A stretch of DNA of 64,000 nt from Bacteroidales bacterium (lineage in GTDB: Bacteria > Bacteroidota > Bacteroidia > Bacteroidales > WCHB1-69), in NCBI GenBank assembly GCA_045598105.1, contig JAZLLK010000028.1, positions 5,786 to 69,785 of the forward strand, written 5' to 3'. Positions within the stretch are counted from its first letter, which is position 1. Every line of letters starts with the position of its first letter. The notes under the pieces were generated by a model. That model did not search any database. It was not told where the DNA came from and saw only the letters and a program-made list of their open reading frames with translations. The position numbers and the translations under genes were made by a program. Shown piece by piece: positions 47,109-55,239 of this stretch.

Positions 47109-48335
47109 ATGAAACTATTCACACTTTTAATCATAACGTTTTTTATTATTACGGGCATTGCACAGGCTCAGCCCGCACGCATTCCGCAATCGGATATATA
47201 TTGGGAAATTAACGTAACCGATGGTGATTCCGCCTTACACATAACCGGCAGCGGCTATATACCCTCACACGACCAATGGAAGCCATATTGTTCATCTATA
47301 AAACACATTACTATAGATGAAGGTATTACGGGAATTGCTCCCTATACATTTAGCCGATATACGGCGTTATTATCGGTTAAACTGCCTGAAAGTTTGCAGG
47401 AAATAAGTTCGGCTCTATTTCAAAACGACAGCCTGCTCACCCGCATAAACACACCCGCCAAAGTACAGAAAATAGGAGGCTACGCATTTCAGCGTACCCG
47501 ACTGAAAGATACCATAATATTTCCGGAAACTTTACGTGTTTTGGAAGGCTCGGCATTTGCCAATACGGACATAACGCACACTATTATTCCGGCTACCATT
47601 GACACACTCATGCCTTCATTATTCAGCCAAACACAGCTCACAACAATAATACTGCCTTCCACTTTAAAATATATATGTCGATACGCATTTTATAACACAC
47701 CGCTTACACACATTACCTGCATGGCACTTGACCCGCCTGCCATACAAGATGAAAATGCATTTTTCAATATATGCCGTTCCTCATGCACAATAACAGTTCC
47801 TTCCTCGGCACTGGATACATATAAAAGCACTCCTATATGGCAGGATTTTTTTATAGAAGCCGGCGGCCTGAGTGCCAATATATATGCCGACAAAGCCAAA
47901 GGATACGTAAAAGGGCTGAGTAACAGATTCTATTCATCGGGTGAAAGAATAAATGCCATAGCCGTAGCCGACAGCAATTACACGTTCACGGGCTGGAAAA
48001 GCAACAACAGGCTCATATCGGCCAACAGCATACTCTCCTTCACCATTACACAGGATACGGTAATAGAAGCCTGCTTTGAGCCCAATACCGCCATATATAA
48101 CACCTCAAATACCCGCAATGAAGTAAGCATATACCCTAATCCAGCCGGCAGTTACCTGCACATACAGGCCTGTGATGAAATAAAAAGGATAAGTCTGTAT
48201 GATATTTCGGGGAAAATGATACTTTACGCCGACAACACGAAACGCATAAACATAGAACATTTGTCAGCCGGAATATATATAGTAAAAATAGAATGTAACA
48301 AATTGTGCCACATAAAAAAAGTGATAAAACTATAA
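47109..48335 (+). CDS. BspA-type leucine-rich repeat protein with a List-Bact repeat and a T9SS type A sorting domain
   Basis: Signal peptide, LRR_5-type repeats (I..IP.S...I...AF), YTFTGW (Listeria-Bacteroides repeat), and C-terminal IYPNPAGSYLHI..ISLYDISGKM..LSAGIYIVKI. Confidence 0.75.
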   Translation: MKLFTLLIITFFIITGIAQAQPARIPQSDIYWEINVTDGDSALHITGSGYIPSHDQWKPYCSSIKHITIDEGITGIAPYTFSRYTALLSVKLPESLQEISSALFQNDSLLTRINTPAKVQKIGGYAFQRTRLKDTIIFPETLRVLEGSAFANTDITHTIIPATIDTLMPSLFSQTQLTTIILPSTLKYICRYAFYNTPLTHITCMALDPPAIQDENAFFNICRSSCTITVPSSALDTYKSTPIWQDFFIEAGGLSANIYADKAKGYVKGLSNRFYSSGERINAIAVADSNYTFTGWKSNNRLISANSILSFTITQDTVIEACFEPNTAIYNTSNTRNEVSIYPNPAGSYLHIQACDEIKRISLYDISGKMILYADNTKRINIEHLSAGIYIVKIECNKLCHIKKVIKL

Positions 48336-48345
48336 CTGCCTTCAC

Positions 48346-50781
48346 ATGGATATGCTCAAACGGATAGGAATACTTATATTCTGCATGAATTTATTATGCA
48401 CGCAGGCTCAGCACTCCTGCTACGGAACCGACTTTTTGTTTGCATTTCCATATCCTAATTATAACCCATCCACTAATCCTGATTCGGCATATCATCATTA
48501 TATAAGCATAAAATCCATATATGATACTGACGGATACATATACTTTAATGCCACACAGGATTCCATTCCTTTTCATATACAGGCTTTTCACAGCTATGAA
48601 CACACGCTTACCGATACACAAAAAAGTTATAGTACTGTAGGTAACCGGCCTGGACCGCAAGACATTGGCGTGTACAATTCCGGCATACACATTACCAGCA
48701 GCTATCCCATTACGATATCAATAGGAATACATTGCACTGCATCCTCCGACGTTTCTGTCATAGTTCCCACTCCGGCATGGGGATATTCCTACATAACACA
48801 CAATACTAAAAACATCACCCCCTACTATGGCATAAATGAAAGCATTTTGATTATTGCAAATGAGGACAGCACGCTTATATACAGCAATAACGCCTATATA
48901 TGCACTATTAACAAAGGTGAGATATGGTATGACCATGTGTCTATAGGAACTAAAATAAGCGCCAACAAACCCATAATGGTATATAGCTTCAACAACTTAG
49001 CTTTTATAAAAAGTAGTGGTGACGGAATACTTGAGCCCATGCTCCCCCTACATTCGCTGGGCACCGATGTATTTGTACCTTGTACCCCAATAACGACCAA
49101 CTACATACAGGTAATAGCCACTCAAAATCACACCAACATAACCTATTCGGGAGGTAATATTATAACAGATTTTTCCGGCTTTAGGATTTTTGAAATAGAC
49201 ACTAACGTAGCCCGCACCACCACTAATTTAATGGAGGGAGAAAAAATATGGATAACTGTGGACAGGTATGACCACGGCTGCTATATTCACGCCGACAAGC
49301 CCATAAGTGTACACTCCTTCTTATCACAAGAAGATGATTATATTGGAGACCCTGAAATGGCCGCAATGCCCGGAATAAATCAAAAGACGACAGACTGCAT
49401 CATAAAACCATTTCAAATACCGGACGACCCCAAATACCTACCATTTAAACATTACCTTACTATCAGCACGCCTACCCTTACCAAAGACAGCACCAGCATA
49501 CGCACTCTTACACATGGTGATACCTGCCTGTATGGCGGCACATGGACCAATCATTCCTCAGGCTACTCCTTCTACAACATGCCTGTACAGGCCGACACTA
49601 ATACCTACTACATTAGCAATAATGCGGGAGGTATTATTGCCTATTACTCTGCTTTCAAACACGCCGATGGTATATATGCACTTGCCAATTGTAAATTTTT
49701 CAATGCCGATATTTCATTTTCCGGCAATGACACCTCCTATATTAACCTGTCGGAAGTATGGTTTTGCGAACAGGACATACACTTTACGGCCGACATTAAA
49801 GGGAATATGAGCCCCTTACCCGGCCACATAAAATGGTATATTGATGGTACGGAATACCTGCCGGCCAGAGATAACATGCAATGGAGCAAATATTTTTCAC
49901 AAGGGACGTACCATATAGAAATGGAAGTTCGCTTTGATGATGAAATTAATACCAAACGCATAGGCTCTACCCTGAATGTATCCGCTTTAAAAATAGAAAC
50001 GGGCACTACTCCCGAGCACTGTCACAAGGAAGACGGACGCATTATGCTTTACCCCACGGTATGTTACCAGCCGCATTTACTATACCGTACTGACAGCACA
50101 TGGCACCATGGTGATACCATATACGGCCTCAAAGCCGGCAGTTATCACCTATATATTACCGATTCGGTATGTGAAACGGAAGCCGATGTGAGGGTAGACA
50201 GCACAGTAAAGCCTCAGGCGGAATTTTCGGCAGACTACTACACCACTATGGCACAGTACACCATACATTTTACCGACCGCTCCACTTATAAAGATGCACC
50301 TATAAGCCAATGGTATTGGGATTATGGTGATAATAAGAGCAGCACGTTACAGCATCCTTCTCACGCTTATGAGCATGAAGGAAACTACCCTGTAACCTTA
50401 TACATTACCGATACTAACCTGTGCACTGACAGCATTACGCACTATATAGACATAGTAAGTGCATTTAGTTTCCCTAATATATTCACTCCTACAGGTGCCA
50501 ATGGTGAGTCATACTACTTTAGGCCCATAGAAGACAAAGGACTGTTTCACAGCTTTGAAATGACCATATACAATCGTTGGGGCACACCTGTGTGGACACA
50601 GCATTGCAGTGACGGTGCCTGCCCGCACTACACCGATGACAGCTTTTGGTGGAACGGCATATCGGATAAGGGTGTTCGCGTATCAGACGGTGTGTATTAT
50701 TGGGTAGTAACGGTACACACTCCCGGCATGCCGACTTTCAGCCTACACGGATCGGTAACAGTAGCAGGCAGTTCCCATTAA
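48346..50781 (+). CDS. Large secreted protein with an IgGFc-binding-like N-domain, a PKD domain and a T9SS type B (gliding-motility-associated) C-terminal domain
   Basis: Signal peptide with CYGTDFLFAFP at the N-terminus, a PKD motif (WYWDYGDN..HAY..GNYPVTLY), and C-terminal FPNIFTPTGANGESYYFRP..MTIYNRWG..WWNG..GVYYWVV. Confidence 0.75.
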   Translation: MDMLKRIGILIFCMNLLCTQAQHSCYGTDFLFAFPYPNYNPSTNPDSAYHHYISIKSIYDTDGYIYFNATQDSIPFHIQAFHSYEHTLTDTQKSYSTVGNRPGPQDIGVYNSGIHITSSYPITISIGIHCTASSDVSVIVPTPAWGYSYITHNTKNITPYYGINESILIIANEDSTLIYSNNAYICTINKGEIWYDHVSIGTKISANKPIMVYSFNNLAFIKSSGDGILEPMLPLHSLGTDVFVPCTPITTNYIQVIATQNHTNITYSGGNIITDFSGFRIFEIDTNVARTTTNLMEGEKIWITVDRYDHGCYIHADKPISVHSFLSQEDDYIGDPEMAAMPGINQKTTDCIIKPFQIPDDPKYLPFKHYLTISTPTLTKDSTSIRTLTHGDTCLYGGTWTNHSSGYSFYNMPVQADTNTYYISNNAGGIIAYYSAFKHADGIYALANCKFFNADISFSGNDTSYINLSEVWFCEQDIHFTADIKGNMSPLPGHIKWYIDGTEYLPARDNMQWSKYFSQGTYHIEMEVRFDDEINTKRIGSTLNVSALKIETGTTPEHCHKEDGRIMLYPTVCYQPHLLYRTDSTWHHGDTIYGLKAGSYHLYITDSVCETEADVRVDSTVKPQAEFSADYYTTMAQYTIHFTDRSTYKDAPISQWYWDYGDNKSSTLQHPSHAYEHEGNYPVTLYITDTNLCTDSITHYIDIVSAFSFPNIFTPTGANGESYYFRPIEDKGLFHSFEMTIYNRWGTPVWTQHCSDGACPHYTDDSFWWNGISDKGVRVSDGVYYWVVTVHTPGMPTFSLHGSVTVAGSSH

Positions 50782-51035
50782 TACGCATATTCATGGTTGC
50801 CGCCGGCACACAGGCTTGAGCTCCTACCTGTTTTTATCGGTATGCTACTATAATATGTAGCATGTATTACATCATTCAAACCGTAAATATGCCGCATATT
50901 TACAAAAAAAATGACAAATACCTGTCCTTTTTTATACGGGCGAATAGGCGTACATGGCGTACGAGTCCGCTATATATCTAATAATGAGCCTGTAATTTTT
51001 ATTAAAAAAAACTTGCAAAAGACAGATAATAATGA

Positions 51036-51043
51036 TATATTTG
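51036..51043 (+). promoter_or_regulatory. -7 promoter box (TATATTTG) with an upstream TTG (51013-51015) for the carboxyltransferase gene
   Basis: TAnnTTTG 23 nt upstream of ATG 51066, with a -33-like cTTGc about 20 nt upstream of the box. Confidence 0.55.
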
Positions 51044-51065
51044 CAAAAAAATTTTTTTTAGTACC

Positions 51066-52853
51066 ATGGGTAAAGAAGTTAAATTTAGTTTAGTATACCG
51101 GGATATGTGGCAGTCCTCGGGTAAATATCAGCCACGAGTAGATCAACTTATCAAAATAGCCCCTGTTATAGTAGATATGGGGTGTTTTGCCAGAGTAGAA
51201 ACCAATGGAGGTGCATTTGAGCAGGTAAATCTTCTATATGGAGAAAATCCTAATAAAGCCGTAAGAGAATGGGTAAAGCCCTTTAACAAAGCCGGTATTC
51301 AAACGCACATGCTTGAGCGTGCCCTTAACGGCATACGCATGTATCCTGTACCTGCTGATGTCCGCAGGCTTATGGCCAAGGTAAAAAAGGCGCAGGGAGT
51401 GGATATTATGCGTTCGTTTTGCGGATTGAATGACCATCGTAATTTAGAGCTTTCGGTTAAGTATGCCAAGGAAGCCGGTATGATATCACAGGCAGCTTTA
51501 AGTATTACCCACTCACCCATACACACTGTGGAATATTACATGGGTGTGGTAGACAAGCTGGTGGAATACGGTGCCGATGAAATATGCCTGAAAGACATGG
51601 CAGGAGTAGGCAGGCCTGTAACACTGGGCAAGCTGGTATATGAAATAAAGAAGAAATATCCTCACATAGCAGTACAATATCACGGGCATAGTGGTCCCGG
51701 ATTTTCAGTAGCCTCTACTTTGGAAGTGGCCCGTGCCGGTGCGGACTATATAGATGTAGCCATGGAGCCGCTGTCATGGGGTATGGTACATCCTGATGTT
51801 ATCACCATAAGAGCCATGCTGAAAGATGCCGGTTTTACCGTAGCAGACATTAATATGGATGCCTATATGGAAGCTCGCAGCCTTACCCAATCGTTCATGG
51901 ATGACTTTTTAGGTGATTTTATTAACCCCAGAAACAAAATATGCTCCTCATTATTGGTAGGTTGCGGTTTGCCTGGAGGCATGATGGGTTCTATGATGTC
52001 GGATTTACAGGGCATGCATGCTGCCATAAATGCGGCATTGCGTAAGAACGGCAAGTCGGAGGTGAACATAGACCAGCTATTGGTTCAGCTATTTCAGGAA
52101 GTGGAATACATATGGCCCATGCTGGGTAATCCTCCATTGGTAACACCGTTTAGCCAATATGTAAAGAACATAGCGCTTATGAACATATACAGCATGGCTA
52201 ACGGCAAGCCTCGTTTTTCACAAATAGACAAAGACAGCTGGAACATGATATTGGGCAAAAACGGAAAATTACCCGGTACTTTGGCCCCTGAAATAATAGA
52301 GCTGGCCAAGGCTCAAAATATGGAATTTTACACCGGTACACCTCATGATGTGGTGGAAGACCAATTGGACGTATACCGTAAAGAAATGGCTGACAATGGT
52401 TGGGACGTAGGTGAAGACGAAGAAGAATTATTTGAATTGGCTATGCATGATCGTCAATATCGGGATTATAAATCGGGCATAGCCAAAAAGCGTTTTGAAG
52501 AAGACTTAGCCAAAATACGTGCCGAAAAAGCCGCCAAGAATGCTCCTGCTGCTCCTGCTTCAAAAGAGGAGCAAATAGAACGTTGCTTAGCATATATATC
52601 AGATAAATATCCTAATGCCACACCGGTATTGGCACCGGTAAGCGGCACCATGATATGGGAAGCCGACCACACAGACAAGTCGGTAGCACCTCAGCCGGGC
52701 AAGGCAATGCAGGCTGGGGACTATTTTGCCACCATAGAAGCATTCTACGGCATGGAAGATGTATTGGCCCCCATAAGCGGTAAACTTATAGACACCTGTG
52801 TAAAACAGGGAGCTAAAGTAGCCAAAGGCGATATTATAGCCTGGATGCAATAA
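51066..52853 (+). CDS. Oxaloacetate decarboxylase alpha / pyruvate carboxylase B / transcarboxylase 5S-type carboxyltransferase with a C-terminal biotinyl-like domain lacking the biotinyl lysine
   Basis: TIM-barrel CT motifs (YRD..QSS, ETNGGA, CLKDMAGVG, YHGHSG), the conserved carboxylase domain (PPLVTPFSQ), and a C-terminal hairpin that reads IEAFYGMED instead of EAMKM. Confidence 0.8.
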   Translation: MGKEVKFSLVYRDMWQSSGKYQPRVDQLIKIAPVIVDMGCFARVETNGGAFEQVNLLYGENPNKAVREWVKPFNKAGIQTHMLERALNGIRMYPVPADVRRLMAKVKKAQGVDIMRSFCGLNDHRNLELSVKYAKEAGMISQAALSITHSPIHTVEYYMGVVDKLVEYGADEICLKDMAGVGRPVTLGKLVYEIKKKYPHIAVQYHGHSGPGFSVASTLEVARAGADYIDVAMEPLSWGMVHPDVITIRAMLKDAGFTVADINMDAYMEARSLTQSFMDDFLGDFINPRNKICSSLLVGCGLPGGMMGSMMSDLQGMHAAINAALRKNGKSEVNIDQLLVQLFQEVEYIWPMLGNPPLVTPFSQYVKNIALMNIYSMANGKPRFSQIDKDSWNMILGKNGKLPGTLAPEIIELAKAQNMEFYTGTPHDVVEDQLDVYRKEMADNGWDVGEDEEELFELAMHDRQYRDYKSGIAKKRFEEDLAKIRAEKAAKNAPAAPASKEEQIERCLAYISDKYPNATPVLAPVSGTMIWEADHTDKSVAPQPGKAMQAGDYFATIEAFYGMEDVLAPISGKLIDTCVKQGAKVAKGDIIAWMQ

Positions 52854-52870
52854 TAATATTTTCACGTTTT

Positions 52871-52905
52871 AAACTGCAAAAGGCGTGCCTTTTGCAGTTT
52901 TTTTT
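52871..52905 (+). terminator. Intrinsic terminator after the carboxyltransferase gene
   Basis: 10-bp stem ctgcaaaagg / ccttttgcag (52874-52883 with 52888-52897), loop cgtg, then T8. Confidence 0.9.
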
Positions 52906-52923
52906 ATAACAAGCCATCACCTC

Positions 52924-53694
52924 ATGAATGAAGTAAAAGCGAAAAAATACTTAGGACAGCATTTTCTTACTGACCTAAGCATAGCCCGCAGAATAACCGA
53001 CAGCCTTACCGGTGAATACCGGCAGATATTGGAAGTAGGGCCCGGCATGGGTGTACTCACCCGGCTCCTGCTGGAGCACACGGAATATACGGTAAATGTG
53101 GTAGAAATAGATACCGAGTCGGTAAGTTACCTGTATGAGCATTTTCCAGCCTTGCAGGGGCACATACATGCCACCGACTTTTTAAGAATGGACTTTTCGC
53201 AGGTGTACACCACCCCATTTGCCCTTATAGGGAACTTTCCCTACAACATATCCTCACAAATACTTATAAAAACGCTGGAGAACAGGGATATGATACCGGA
53301 AGTGGTAGGTATGTTTCAAAAGGAGGTAGCCGTACGCATAGCGTCGGCACCGGGCAATAAGGACTATGGCATACTAAGCGTGCTGCTGCAAGCCTACTAT
53401 GACATAGAGTACCTGTTTACGGTGAATGAAAATGTATTCAACCCGCCGCCAAAGGTAAAATCGGCGGTAATACGGTTGAAACGCAATAATACGAAACATT
53501 TGGACTGTGATGAGCAGTTGTATAAAACCATAGTAAAAACGGCCTTTAACCAAAGACGCAAAATGCTAAGAAATTCGCTCAAGGGCATGCCTTTGAGTGA
53601 AGAGGTGCTCAATAGCACGCTATTGGAAAAGCGGCCTGAGGACTTAGGCGTACAGGACTATATATATTTAGCACAGCAATGTAACCGACAATAA
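52924..53694 (+). CDS. rsmA: 16S rRNA (adenine1518/1519-N6)-dimethyltransferase
   Basis: LGQHFL, the SAM motif EVGPGMGVLT, and NFPYNIS. Start set to MNEVKAK, since the GTG start in the track overlaps the terminator. Confidence 0.9.
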   Translation: MNEVKAKKYLGQHFLTDLSIARRITDSLTGEYRQILEVGPGMGVLTRLLLEHTEYTVNVVEIDTESVSYLYEHFPALQGHIHATDFLRMDFSQVYTTPFALIGNFPYNISSQILIKTLENRDMIPEVVGMFQKEVAVRIASAPGNKDYGILSVLLQAYYDIEYLFTVNENVFNPPPKVKSAVIRLKRNNTKHLDCDEQLYKTIVKTAFNQRRKMLRNSLKGMPLSEEVLNSTLLEKRPEDLGVQDYIYLAQQCNRQ

Positions 53695-53718
53695 ACACAA
53701 CAAAAAAAATCACACAAT

Positions 53719-54456
53719 ATGAAAAAATCAGGTATTATTATCAGCCTAATAGCCAGTATAGGACTTATAGCAGCCTTTAGTGCTGCCGGCTATTATTTTT
53801 ACAAGGCAAAAAAGGCGCCGCGTACCGTATCGGTAGTAGGCTTAGCCGAAAAGGACTTTACATCGGACCTCATAGTATGGAATTTCAGCTATGCGGTAAA
53901 GAAAACAGACATAAAAGAGGCCTATAACACCATAAAAAGTCAGAACATGGTGGTAAAGGAATATCTTATAGCCAAGGGAATAGATGAAAAGGCCATAGTA
54001 TTCAATGCCATAGACAGTTACGAGGACTATGATTACGAGTGGAACGAGCAAATACGGCGCAGCACGCAGGTATTTATGGGTTATCAGCTTACGCAGAAGG
54101 TACGCATAGAATCAAAAGAAGTGGAGCATGTGGAAAAGATATCACGCGAAATATCGGAATTATTGGACAAGAACATACAAATAAACACCAACAATTTGGC
54201 CTACTACTATACCAAGCTGGCGAATTTGAAGATAGAGATGCTGGAGCGGGCGACTTTAGATGCCAAAAAGCGGGCTGAAACCATAGCGAAGAATGCGGGG
54301 TCGAAGTTAGCAGGGCTCAAAACGGCCAATATGGGAGTATTTCAAATTACGGCTCCTAATTCTGCCGACGATTACTCTTGGGGCGGAGCCTTTAACACTA
54401 CCTCTAAGCAAAAGCGGGCCAGCATTAACATGAGGCTTACCTACTATGTAAAATAG
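53719..54456 (+). CDS. SIMPL (DUF541) domain protein
   Basis: N-terminal TM anchor, about 245 aa, with the layout and C-terminal pattern (..GVFQITAPNS..) typical of SIMPL/26-kDa periplasmic proteins as I recall them. Confidence 0.55.
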   Translation: MKKSGIIISLIASIGLIAAFSAAGYYFYKAKKAPRTVSVVGLAEKDFTSDLIVWNFSYAVKKTDIKEAYNTIKSQNMVVKEYLIAKGIDEKAIVFNAIDSYEDYDYEWNEQIRRSTQVFMGYQLTQKVRIESKEVEHVEKISREISELLDKNIQINTNNLAYYYTKLANLKIEMLERATLDAKKRAETIAKNAGSKLAGLKTANMGVFQITAPNSADDYSWGGAFNTTSKQKRASINMRLTYYVK

Positions 54457-54498
54457 CATGGGAGTGTATTTTTTATGCATATATAGCATTTTGCTATA

Positions 54499-55239
54499 TT
54501 AATATGTTATAGGTTTAGCATAATCCACCAGCACTACCTTCACCGAAGTATCACGGCACAGCCGGCGGGTATGGGCTACATTTTCGGCATTATATTCTTT
54601 AGGGGTATCCCAAAAATGTATGTTATAATCGGGAAAAGACTGTGGCAGCAGCGGATACATACGGTATTCACAGCTTAAGGCATCAGGATGCAGGTAATCG
54701 GTTTGTTGGCGGATGTGTTTTAACCATTGCTCATTGGTTCGATGTGAATAATAGGTATTATCTACCCATAATATAACATACAGGCCATAGGCCTTAAGTA
54801 TTTTAAGGGCATGTTCATCACCATGTTCCACCATAATTTTATGTTTTATATTATATTTTTCGGCTACCTGCAGTATAAGGCGGGCTATGGCATTGGCATT
54901 GTTTTCGGTAAGGTTTTTCATATCTATCCAATACCAATGCTGTTGGGGTGCAGGCATGGCGGCCATCCACCTGTCAAAGGTGAGGCCGTATATGGTATCA
55001 TATAGTTCATGGCCCACATACAGCTGCCGTTGGTATTCGCTATAGTTCAAGTCAAGCTCCATGCCGCTGAAGCAGGCGGATTTTTGCCGTGCCACGGCAG
55101 TATCGTTCACACCGTGAGCCCACACTTTGTCGGCAGGATATACGTAGGAAGAATGATAAGCCGGCTTACGGCAGGCCACACACACCAAGAGGCTTATTAC
55201 ACAGGTATATACATATGATTTATTCATATTATTTGGCAT
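54499..55239 (-). CDS. Lipoprotein, PLC-like phosphodiesterase (GDPD/SMaseD-like) fold suspected
   Basis: Lipobox (LVCVAC). WAHGVND ... GMELDL ... LYVGHE matches the H / E-x-D / H pattern of PLC-like TIM-barrel phosphodiesterases. Tentative. Confidence 0.4.
   Translation of the reverse strand: MPNNMNKSYVYTCVISLLVCVACRKPAYHSSYVYPADKVWAHGVNDTAVARQKSACFSGMELDLNYSEYQRQLYVGHELYDTIYGLTFDRWMAAMPAPQQHWYWIDMKNLTENNANAIARLILQVAEKYNIKHKIMVEHGDEHALKILKAYGLYVILWVDNTYYSHRTNEQWLKHIRQQTDYLHPDALSCEYRMYPLLPQSFPDYNIHFWDTPKEYNAENVAHTRRLCRDTSVKVVLVDYAKPITY

Noticed and set aside
50782-51065. Small hairpins (atgctac-tataatat-gtagcat and aaatatg-ccg-catattt) upstream of the carboxyltransferase gene, considered as a riboswitch or sRNA.
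   Set aside because: The stems are short and AT-rich, I recognise no conserved riboswitch core, and they lie upstream of the predicted -7 box, so they would not be in the 5' UTR.
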